Shown: positions 1 to 8,045 of the stretch, in pieces
Position numbering within the stretch: the first letter of the stretch is position 1
How the letters are laid out: each line of letters opens with the position of its first letter
From: Candidatus Levybacteria bacterium CG2_30_37_29
GTDB lineage: Bacteria; Patescibacteriota; Microgenomatia; Levybacterales; GWA1-39-11
Direction of reading: 5' to 3'
DNA: 64,000 nucleotides
NCBI GenBank assembly: GCA_001873215.1
Contig: MNYS01000005.1
Location: 1,367-65,366 of the forward strand
The notes under the pieces: generated by a model
Database searches by the model: none
What the model was told of the DNA's origin: nothing
What the model saw: the letters and a program-made list of their open reading frames with translations, nothing else
Made by a program: the position numbers and the translations under genes

Positions 1-797
1 GTTCATCATAGTTTTGTGGTGGCATTTCAAGTCTATACAAAAACTCATCTTGATCTGTACGAAATGACCGTTCAATAACAGCATTTTCATTTGGTGTCCG
101 TTTATGGATATAGTGGTACTCCATACCAAGCCCTTTTACAAAAGTCCTAAATCTTGTTTGGAATTCAAGCCCGTTATCTGTTTGAAGAAACAGTGACTTA
201 AAGGGAAGTTTTGGAATGATTTCAAGAAGGGAGGCTATTGCTCCGTCTTCATCGAGGTGGTTTAAAATGACTACTTCTTTATACCGTGAATAAATATCAA
301 TCACAGCATACTCAAAACATGTCCAGGGAAGACCGGTTAGCTCCGGAGTTAGGTATTTTACATCCATCTGAAGATACCCTACGGTATGAGTATTTTTTAC
401 ATGCATATGTATCGTGTTTTGGAATCTTGGTCTTCTATAGTATGAGTATTTCTCAACAAGATTATACCGCTTCAGTGTTCTATGAATTGTACGCGAGCAA
501 ACAACAAGCGCCAAAATCTTTTTAATCTTTTCAGCAGTATATTTCTTTCTTATCCGAATGGCTACGATATTCTGTTCTTGTTGAGTTGTGAGCTTTTTCT
601 GTACTAGATGTGGTCGTGTGGATTTTCTATATAATCTTCTTTCTGACAATCCAAACCCACCTTGATGAATTGATTTTGAACGCCTAATCCACCGATATAC
701 CGTTACACGATTGACTCCTAGAAGATAATGCGGTTTTTGAAACCGAATAGTTATTCTTCTTGAGTGTTCTAATTATTATATTTGGTTTTACCCTCAT
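1..797 (-). pseudogene. HTH + DDE (integrase core) transposase, 1-nt frameshift near 725, cut off by window edge
   Basis: Manual translation: MRVKPNIIIRTLKKNNYSVSKTA, then after a +1 shift LLGVNRVTVYRWIRR (HTH)...YLQMDVKY...QTDNGLEF...NENAVIERSFRTDQDEF (DDE motifs). The ATG frame stops at about 684; the DDE frame is open from 772 to 1. Confidence 0.8.
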
Positions 798-840
798 ATC
801 TACAGTGTATCAACACTGTTGCATATGTGGTGTCAGAACA
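1..840 (-). mobile_element. IS481-family-like insertion sequence, left part (continues beyond window start)
   Basis: Minus strand starts TGTTCTGACACCACA at 840 (a TGT terminus is typical of IS481), 43 nt before a transposase ATG at 797. The right end is outside the window. Confidence 0.7.
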
Positions 841-848
841 AGGTCATA

Positions 849-877
849 TTGACAAGTGTAATATTTAGATATATAAT
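849..877 (+). promoter_or_regulatory. perfect consensus sigma70 promoter
   Basis: TTGACA (849-854), 17 bp, TATAAT (872-877). Confidence 0.8.
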
Positions 878-882
878 TCAGT

Positions 883-963
883 TACTCTTGATTCGAAAGT
901 TTCAAGGGTAGAAAGACTAGCAATAGTTTTTCGGCAGGAAAGCCCCGCAAGGGGTTTTTTTGC
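883..963 (+). ncRNA. candidate ~80-nt structured small RNA with three GNRA-capped hairpins
   Basis: Stems at 883-910 (GAAA loop), 911-932 (GCAA loop) and 934-963 (GCAA loop, U-tract). G-U wobbles work only on the + strand. No ORF. Confidence 0.55.
934..963 (+). terminator. rho-independent terminator
   Basis: AAAGCCCC-GCAA-GGGGTTTTTTT. Confidence 0.75.
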
Positions 964-973
964 GGCAATTTTT

Positions 974-2524
974 TTACTCATCCGTGTATCCGGGAAAAAA
1001 ATCTTTCACTATCATTCTACCAGAAACATTTGTTTCTTTAAGCATTTTAACAATTCCCTGCACCATAAGCTGTGGGCCTGAAATGTAAAATTTGCGTGAA
1101 ACAAAATCCGGGACTACAGATTTAACCATGTCCGCCGTAAGACGTCCATACATCCAATTCCGTCCATTAGTAAGTCTTGAATCTCTTGTTAGAACATGAA
1201 TTGTTCTTACACCAAATTTTTCCGAACTAGACAGAATATCATCATAAAGAATGTCACTTTTTGTACTATTTATGTAAATCATAACAATATTAACTGTAAT
1301 TTGTTTGTCGATTATATATTTTAACATCGACCTAAAAGGCGTAATCCCAACTCCTCCTGCTATAAAAACAAGAGGCAAACAGATATCTTTAGGTAAAACA
1401 AAATCGCCAGCAAGCTGAGATGCAAAAATTTTTTCTCCTTTTTTCATTTTTAAAAAATTTTTTTTATAAGAACTTGAAGTGTTGTAAAATTTTACTGCAA
1501 TCATTATGTTTTGCTCTGTTGGAGATGAAGCAAGACTAAAATAACGTCTATTTCCACGCGAGTCCGTACTAATGTGCGAAAGAGTCCATTCCATATATTG
1601 ACCAGAAACGAAATTGAAGTATTTCGGAAAATTAAAAATGAATGCATATGTATTGCGTGAAAGCTTAAACTTATCTTTTAGAGTTAGCAAAAGTCTATAA
1701 TTAGGATTTATAAAATATGTCAGAATGTTTCCAAAAATAATGGCCTGCTCGGGCGTTACCGCAACAGCAAAAATTGACAAGTGGAAATTTGAGTAAAGAA
1801 ACGCAACAAATATGGCATAGCATATTTGAAGTTTTTTTGTTACCGGCGTCGTTAATGGCTCAACCAACATAACAAATGCAAAAAAAAGTGTTACTGATTT
1901 AAGAAAAATAAATTGAAAGGATGTAAAAAAAGTTGGCAAGCTTGCTGTTCGTAAAATTGTAGTAGGAATTATAAAGAATAGATAAGCTGTTATAAAACTC
2001 AAAACCATAGCTTCCTTTCGTAATTTTCTTGTAAGCAGGAGGCCTCCAAGAAGTACAAAAGGTGCCATAAACGGCGTACCAACCCACCAAACTGCGGCGT
2101 GGTCCGGCGACAAAAGCGCAACAGCCGCAACCCCCAATGCAGCAGGATTGAAAATATGACGTTTTTCGATCGTTAAAAAATATTTTGAAGCCATAGCAAG
2201 AACAGGCGCAACGATCAAAAATGGAGCATTCGTTGCGAAGTTACAAGAAATAATAAATACCAAAATAAGAGCCGTTATAAAAACCGACTCAAAGTTTGTA
2301 GTCAAACCGGAGAGTTTTGCAAAGAAATAATTTGATATGAATGAAAAAAAAATTATTGTTGCCGTACTCAATACAAAATCAAGTGGACCAAAAGGAATAA
2401 ATTTTAAAAATGTTCCTACAAAAGCTACCAATAAAAGAAAAATTAAATAGTAAAGTGTAAAGCGGTACGTTGTGATAGAGTTAAGAATCCTGTCTGTTGG
2501 ATTTAGTAAATACTTAATAAACAT
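974..2524 (-). CDS. RnfD/NqrB-like membrane domain fused to ferredoxin-NAD(P) reductase-like FAD/NAD-binding domain
   Basis: Multi-TM N-terminus with KRHIFNPAA and MLVEPLTTP; C-terminal GQY, RRYFSLASSP, IAGGVGITPFRSM, YISGPQLMV. Start at 2524 or 2542. Confidence 0.8.
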   Translation of the reverse strand: MFIKYLLNPTDRILNSITTYRFTLYYLIFLLLVAFVGTFLKFIPFGPLDFVLSTATIIFFSFISNYFFAKLSGLTTNFESVFITALILVFIISCNFATNAPFLIVAPVLAMASKYFLTIEKRHIFNPAALGVAAVALLSPDHAAVWWVGTPFMAPFVLLGGLLLTRKLRKEAMVLSFITAYLFFIIPTTILRTASLPTFFTSFQFIFLKSVTLFFAFVMLVEPLTTPVTKKLQICYAIFVAFLYSNFHLSIFAVAVTPEQAIIFGNILTYFINPNYRLLLTLKDKFKLSRNTYAFIFNFPKYFNFVSGQYMEWTLSHISTDSRGNRRYFSLASSPTEQNIMIAVKFYNTSSSYKKNFLKMKKGEKIFASQLAGDFVLPKDICLPLVFIAGGVGITPFRSMLKYIIDKQITVNIVMIYINSTKSDILYDDILSSSEKFGVRTIHVLTRDSRLTNGRNWMYGRLTADMVKSVVPDFVSRKFYISGPQLMVQGIVKMLKETNVSGRMIVKDFFPGYTDE

Positions 2525-2631
2525 AGCCTGAAATAAGTACAATGACTAACTTGGTACTTAACATAAATAGTATATCAAAATTCCTGTATTGCCCCTTTAT
2601 TATTTCAAGAATTCGGTATTATAATAACTTG

Positions 2632-3285
2632 ATGCAAAGAAATGTATTAATTGGAATAGGACTAATAATTGTATTACTGTTAGGCGGTGCATATTTTCTT
2701 CTAGGCAAATCAAAAACTACACCAGATCCTCTAACTGCAAACCAGGCAAATAATGAAGCGGTAAGTGAAAAAACAAGTTTCAGGGATCTTTTGGCAGGAA
2801 ATAGAAATGTAACCTGCACAACTACTTATCCGACAGTCGAAAACACCAGCACAAACGGAACCATTTTTGTCTCAGGCAAAAGAATGAGGGGGGACTTTAA
2901 CGTAACGGTAAACGGTAAAAATACGTTGAGCTATATGATTCAGGACGGAACATATGTCTATGTGTGGACATCTGATTCAACCCAAGGGACAAAAATGAAA
3001 GCTGACGCAGTCGAAAAAGCTACCGGTGAAAATACTCAAAATGCAAACCAAAATTTTGATGTTAATAAAGAAGTGGATGTTAAATGTTCCAATTGGAGCG
3101 TTGATGAAAGTAAATTTACTCCCCCGGCAAACGTAACGTTTACAGATCTTAGTCAAATACTGCAAAAACTTCCAACATCTGCTGCTAAAAAAAGCGGTGG
3201 GAATACACAAGTGCCTTCATCGGCTTGTGATAGCATTACATATTCTCAGGCAAAAGAAGCATGTATTAAAGCTCTAAACCCCTAA
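2632..3285 (+). CDS. membrane-anchored exported hypothetical protein (beta-rich, paired Cys)
   Basis: N-terminal TM segment after MQRN; TATAAT lies 6 nt before the ATG at 2632. Confidence 0.7.
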   Translation: MQRNVLIGIGLIIVLLLGGAYFLLGKSKTTPDPLTANQANNEAVSEKTSFRDLLAGNRNVTCTTTYPTVENTSTNGTIFVSGKRMRGDFNVTVNGKNTLSYMIQDGTYVYVWTSDSTQGTKMKADAVEKATGENTQNANQNFDVNKEVDVKCSNWSVDESKFTPPANVTFTDLSQILQKLPTSAAKKSGGNTQVPSSACDSITYSQAKEACIKALNP

Positions 3286-3345
3286 TTATTTCTGCTTCTT
3301 TGGTTTTTTCTTCTCTCTTTTTTTATGGGTGTGTTTTTCAGCCAT
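3286..3345 (-). CDS. putative 19-aa Lys-rich small protein (MAEKHTHKKREKKKPKKQK)
   Basis: ATG at 3345, TAA at 3288-3286; TTGCAT-16-TACAAT ends 7 nt before the ATG; the stop abuts the stop of the convergent gene. Confidence 0.45.
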   Translation of the reverse strand: MAEKHTHKKREKKKPKKQK

Positions 3346-3440
3346 ATAATTTATTGTAACTCTTTTTATAATATATGCAATATTTAAAATTTCAGGGTAT
3401 TGCATTGAATAAAAAATAATGCTACGTTAAATATAGTGTC

Positions 3441-3992
3441 ATGAAAAGTACTGCCAATATTGCCGAGCCTTATTTCTTGCGATTTGTTTTTACAGACACA
3501 AAACTGTCTTTTCTTTGGCTTCTTTTAAGACTCTGGGTCGGATGGGAATGGACTGTTGCAGGATGGGCAAAAGTAGTAAATCCTGTATGGGTGGGGCCAA
3601 AAGCAGGAGTAGCTGTTGAAGGGTTTCTTAACGGTGCCCTATTAAAAACATCGGGCACGCACCCTGATGTTTCGGGATGGTACGCAGCATTTATAAATAA
3701 TTTTGCTCTCCCAAACAGTATCTTATTTTCATATTTAGTTGCTTTCGGAGAACTTTTAGTAGGTGTGGCTCTTATTTTGGGAATTTTTACTGGAATTTCT
3801 GCCTTTTTCGGAGCTTTTATGAATATTAATTATTTATTTGCCGGAACCGTAAGCACCAACCCCTTATTATTTTTGCTGCAGGTATTTCTTATGCTTGCGT
3901 GGAGGGTAGCCGGATTTTGGGGTCTTGACCGCTATCTACTTCCCTATTTGGGTACTTCACAGTCAAAAGGAAAATCTTCTCGTAAGAGGTAA
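3441..3992 (+). CDS. DoxX family membrane protein (DoxD/TQO-like)
   Basis: LRLWVGWEW..AGWAK, GELLVGVALILG, MNINYLFAGTVSTNP, AGFWGLD. Confidence 0.85.
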   Translation: MKSTANIAEPYFLRFVFTDTKLSFLWLLLRLWVGWEWTVAGWAKVVNPVWVGPKAGVAVEGFLNGALLKTSGTHPDVSGWYAAFINNFALPNSILFSYLVAFGELLVGVALILGIFTGISAFFGAFMNINYLFAGTVSTNPLLFLLQVFLMLAWRVAGFWGLDRYLLPYLGTSQSKGKSSRKR

Positions 3993-3994
3993 TT

Positions 3995-5647
3995 TTACCA
4001 ATGCTCTCTTATATGATCCATAGCGTAACCTAATGTACCTCCTACTTTTTTTCTGGGGTTAAAAATATTTTGCGGATCAAAAATTTCTTTTGTCTTTTTA
4101 AACAATTTACAAATATCTTCTCCGTACATTTTTTCTAAATATGGAGTTCTTATAAGCCCATCGTTATGTTCCCCCGTAATAGATCCTCCGTATTTAATTA
4201 TAAGATCATAGACTTCTTTTGCAATTTCGGGAATGGCGTTTCTAACACTTTTTTTTGTGATATCTACAAGCGGAATTATATGAAAATTCCCATCACCCAC
4301 GTGTCCTGCTACCGTAAAAATGAAGCCTTTATGCCGTTTTATAATAGACGTAACTTGGGGAATTACCTCACTAATATATTCAGGCTTTATTACAAAATCA
4401 TCAATAAAAGGAGCTGTATGCTTGTCTTTAATTTTTTTTCTTAAAAGATTAAAACTTTCACGCCTTATAAGCCAATACTTTTGCTCTTGATTTTCAATTG
4501 CTATTTTTGTTTTGGGATGAAACGGCGCTAGTTTTTCCTTCAGTGTTTGTATTTTTTGCTTTAACTCCTCAGGATCATTTCCCGTAAAATCAACCTGCAG
4601 AACTAATTTCGGCAAGCCCCCGTGTGCAACCATCAGCAACTCAGGAAGAAAAGCTATTCCGCTTCCGATAAAGCCTTTTGCTCCTAATTGTTTTGCAAAT
4701 TCAGGAAAATATTTCAGGGCAAGCTTCAAAGTGTTATCATCGTATGATTCAAAACTCTCAGGCTTAAGGGGTAATACCGCATTTATAACGTCCCCAAGAT
4801 GAGATAAGTCATGCAGAAAAATTATCATCATTTCCCTGTGCATATACATGGGAACAAGCTCTATTTCAGCTTCTAAAAGTAAACCTAGAGTGCCCTGAGA
4901 CCCTACCCAAAGTTTTGACAGATCAAAATCTCCCGTTTCTTTATTGTAAACATTCCAAAGATAAAACCCTGCCGAATTCTTTGTAACCTTCGGTTTTGCA
5001 GCCATAATTTGCTCATAATTTTTATCTATTAAATTAAACATTTTTTTATAAATCTCTCCTTCCATATCGTCCTGCTTCATTTTTTTATCAAGAACAGATT
5101 TTGAAATTTTATGAAATGAATATATATTCCCATCGCTTAAGACAACTTTAACTTTTTTTACATATCGCTCTGTTTTTCCGTAAAAAAGTGATTTTTCTCC
5201 TCCCGAATTGTTATTTATAATTCCTCCCATTGCTACCAGTTCCCGGGACGCCGGGTAAGACGGAAATAACAAACCCTGTCTTATTGTTTCTTTTTCAAAA
5301 TCCCTGTAAAAGACGCCTGGTTGAGTAGTCGCAATATTTCCGTTTATTGTAGGAATTTTATTGAAATATTTTGTGAACGAAACAATAATCGAATCATTAA
5401 TTGCCCCGCCGCCCATATCTGTTCCGGCAGAACGCGCCGTAAGAGAAAGATGAGGATATTCCTTTTTTTTAGCAGCAACAAATGAAACAAGCGCCTCAAC
5501 ATCTTTATCAGTTTTCGGAAATACAACAGCCTGCGGCTTTATTTCAAATAAAGACGCGTCATGGCTGTATTCCAAAAGAGTTGTTGGATCGGTTACGACA
5601 TCCCCTTCGATAATTTTTATCAATTCATCCAATAAATCCTGTTCCAT
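3995..5647 (-). CDS. FAD-linked oxidoreductase, GlcD/D-lactate dehydrogenase-like
   Basis: YSHDAS, RSAGTDMGG, GSQGTLG, HVGDGNFH, GSITGEHNDG, DPQNIFNP. Confidence 0.85.
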   Translation of the reverse strand: MEQDLLDELIKIIEGDVVTDPTTLLEYSHDASLFEIKPQAVVFPKTDKDVEALVSFVAAKKKEYPHLSLTARSAGTDMGGGAINDSIIVSFTKYFNKIPTINGNIATTQPGVFYRDFEKETIRQGLLFPSYPASRELVAMGGIINNNSGGEKSLFYGKTERYVKKVKVVLSDGNIYSFHKISKSVLDKKMKQDDMEGEIYKKMFNLIDKNYEQIMAAKPKVTKNSAGFYLWNVYNKETGDFDLSKLWVGSQGTLGLLLEAEIELVPMYMHREMMIIFLHDLSHLGDVINAVLPLKPESFESYDDNTLKLALKYFPEFAKQLGAKGFIGSGIAFLPELLMVAHGGLPKLVLQVDFTGNDPEELKQKIQTLKEKLAPFHPKTKIAIENQEQKYWLIRRESFNLLRKKIKDKHTAPFIDDFVIKPEYISEVIPQVTSIIKRHKGFIFTVAGHVGDGNFHIIPLVDITKKSVRNAIPEIAKEVYDLIIKYGGSITGEHNDGLIRTPYLEKMYGEDICKLFKKTKEIFDPQNIFNPRKKVGGTLGYAMDHIREHW

Positions 5648-5712
5648 AAAAAGGCTTAACTACATCATGACAAAAAATGAGGTTACATATCAAGTACCTT
5701 TTATAATTACAT

Positions 5713-5741
5713 TTGATATAACAAGTAATATAGGATATAAT
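5713..5741 (+). promoter_or_regulatory. sigma70 promoter for the 7TM/ATP-grasp operon, followed by a GC-rich leader hairpin (5746-5771)
   Basis: TTGATA-17-TATAAT; downstream AGCTCCC...GGGGGCT stem. Confidence 0.55.
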
Positions 5742-5794
5742 TACCAGCTCCCTATGTTGATTGGGGGGGCTAGGTCTGATACGATATTGGCAAT

Positions 5795-6715
5795 ATGAAT
5801 ATCCAAAAAATTGTTGTAATTTTTTTTGTAACTTTATTTTTCGCTACATTTTTAAATAGCGAAGCCTATGCTCAAATGCAAAACCCTTTTGTAGATCTTA
5901 TACCGCAGGAAATCGCAACTCAAAACGCTCAGACGGCAAGCACATCAGCAGAATTTTCAGACATAAAAAAATCAGATGTTACAAAGCCTGAGGGAGAAAC
6001 GGAGAAAAAAGAAGTTTTTACTCTTTTTAATAGAAGGCCGGAGAAAAACCCAAACTTTATTAACTTTATCGCCTATTCTGTGCAATTTGCAGTAAGAACC
6101 GGTGTGCCTGCAAACACTGTTCTTCTTATTCTTCTTATGCCTCTTCTTGCAACAATTATTGTATTTTTTAGACACGTTGTAGGACTTCCAAGCCTTGATA
6201 TGCTTGTGCCTATTGCTCTATCAATTACTCTTTTGGCAACAGGAATCGGGCCCGGAATCGTTCTTCTTGCAATTATTGTTATAGCATCAACCCTTGCAAG
6301 ACTTATTCTTAAAAAAGTCAGGATAATGCAGCTTCCAAAACTTGCTCTTTCGGTTCTTATTGTTGCAATATCCGTTTTTGCTTTTTTAACACTAAGTACC
6401 GCAGCGGGGCTTTTGAATGTTTCGGGTATTTCTATATTTCCGATACTTTTACTTATTATTCTCTCTGAACGAATTATTTCACTTCAGCTTGAAAGAACTA
6501 TAAATGAAACTTTTTCAATTACTGCTGTAACGCTCTCACTTGGAATTGTCGGATATTTTCTTTTATCTTCGGATATTCTACGAAAAATAGTTCTTTTATA
6601 TCCCGAAGTGATTCTTATCCTTATTCCTATTAATGTTATTATCGGACGTTATTTTGGCCTGAGAGTTACGGAATATTTTAGGTTTTCAAAAACTTTAAAA
6701 CATGACAGTCACTAG
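5795..6715 (+). CDS. 7TM protein of the type associated with ATP-grasp ligases (7TM_transglut-like)
   Basis: Seven hydrophobic helices, LLMPLLATIIVFFRHVVG, FPILLLIILSE, IGRYFGLRVTEYFRF; overlaps the ATP-grasp gene. Confidence 0.8.
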   Translation: MNIQKIVVIFFVTLFFATFLNSEAYAQMQNPFVDLIPQEIATQNAQTASTSAEFSDIKKSDVTKPEGETEKKEVFTLFNRRPEKNPNFINFIAYSVQFAVRTGVPANTVLLILLMPLLATIIVFFRHVVGLPSLDMLVPIALSITLLATGIGPGIVLLAIIVIASTLARLILKKVRIMQLPKLALSVLIVAISVFAFLTLSTAAGLLNVSGISIFPILLLIILSERIISLQLERTINETFSITAVTLSLGIVGYFLLSSDILRKIVLLYPEVILILIPINVIIGRYFGLRVTEYFRFSKTLKHDSH

Positions 6716-7985
6716 AAATATTTTGGGCATGAACGCCCGTAATTTTCTTTACATTAGGCCATATAACCCGGCCGTTGCAAAACGCATTGCCGATGATAAG
6801 CTTGCAACTAAAAAAATTCTTTTGGAAAATAATCTTCCCACCCCTCAACTTCTTGCAGCGTTTGAGACGCGGGATGATATCAGAAATTTTGACTGGGCAA
6901 GTCTTCCGGAATCAGGTTTTGCAATAAAACCTGCACGTGGATACGGCGGTTTGGGAATACTTGTTATGAAAAGGTGGGAGAAAACGACAGGAAGAACAAT
7001 TAATGATGAGGTGAAAGAAAAAAAGTCACTTGAATCATACATTCTTGACATACAGGAAGGGGCATATTCTTTACAATTTCTGCCGGATGCTGCTTTTATA
7101 GAAGAAAGAATTATAAGACATTCATTTTTTAAAAAACTTGCGGCGATTGGAATTCCGGATATACGCGTAATTGTTTTTAATAGAATTCCTGTCATGGCCA
7201 TGATGCGTCTTCCTACTGCCGAAAGTCATGGAAAAGCCAATATTCATCAAGGTGCAATCGCTTTTGGAATAGACATGCGCTCAGGAGTTACAACCAGCGC
7301 AATTCATAAAAATAAAACAATAACAAGAATTCCCGGTACAAAAATTAAAATTTCCGGTATAAAAATTCCGGAGTGGGAAAATATTTTGCTTCTTGCTACA
7401 AAGGCGCAAAGTGTTTCGGGACTCGGATACGCCGGAATAGACATTGTTCTGGACGAAAATAAGGGACCGCTTATTCTTGAGATAAACGCAAGACCCGGAT
7501 TGGCAATACAAAAAGCGAATAGAGCCTCTTTAAGAACACGCCTTGAAAGAGTTGAAAATATGGATTTGCCGACACCTGAAAGAGGAGTTGAAGTATCAAA
7601 GTCTCTTTTTGCTGAGAGTTTTTCTGAGAAAGTTACAGCTAAAACGAATATTATTACGGTTATCCAACCGATTACAATAAGATTTAAAGGGGGAACAAAA
7701 GATGTATTGGCAAAAATAGACACGGGAGCATACAGAACATCAATTGACAATGTTCTTGCACAAGAACTTTCGCTTATTCCGAACGATGAAAAAGTATATG
7801 TCAAATCGGCAAGCGGAAACGGATCACGTGACACCGTTGACTTCTCGTATATTCTTGCAGGTAAAAAAATAACAACTATCGCATCTCTTGCAAACAGATC
7901 TCACATGCGCTACCGCGTAATCATTGGAAGGCTTGATTTAAAGGGGTTTCTGATAACGCCTGAGCTTCACCCGACACAAAATTAG
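6702..7985 (+). CDS. alpha-L-glutamate ligase-like ATP-grasp protein fused to C-terminal aspartic peptidase (RimB-like)
   Basis: LGMNARN, ADDKLATK, IKPARGYGGLGI, DIRVIV, GKANIHQGA, LEINARPGLAIQ; C-terminal AKIDTGAYRTSID...IIGR. Confidence 0.85.
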   Translation: MTVTRNILGMNARNFLYIRPYNPAVAKRIADDKLATKKILLENNLPTPQLLAAFETRDDIRNFDWASLPESGFAIKPARGYGGLGILVMKRWEKTTGRTINDEVKEKKSLESYILDIQEGAYSLQFLPDAAFIEERIIRHSFFKKLAAIGIPDIRVIVFNRIPVMAMMRLPTAESHGKANIHQGAIAFGIDMRSGVTTSAIHKNKTITRIPGTKIKISGIKIPEWENILLLATKAQSVSGLGYAGIDIVLDENKGPLILEINARPGLAIQKANRASLRTRLERVENMDLPTPERGVEVSKSLFAESFSEKVTAKTNIITVIQPITIRFKGGTKDVLAKIDTGAYRTSIDNVLAQELSLIPNDEKVYVKSASGNGSRDTVDFSYILAGKKITTIASLANRSHMRYRVIIGRLDLKGFLITPELHPTQN

Positions 7986-7992
7986 CATCATG

Positions 7993-8042
7993 TGATATAA
8001 TAAGTACGCATGACACGGGTAAGTCTCGTGTCTTTTTTTTAA
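7993..8042 (+). promoter_or_regulatory. typA leader: extended -10, 10-codon uORF and overlapping terminator-like hairpin
   Basis: TGATATAAT 7993-8001; uORF ATG 8010 to TAA 8042 (MTRVSLVSFF); GACACGGG-TAAGT-CTCGTGTC (8012-8032) followed by T8. Confidence 0.5.
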
Positions 8043-8045
8043 ATT

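Noticed and set aside
286-525. 79-aa + strand ORF
   Set aside because: Antisense shadow of the transposase DDE frame.
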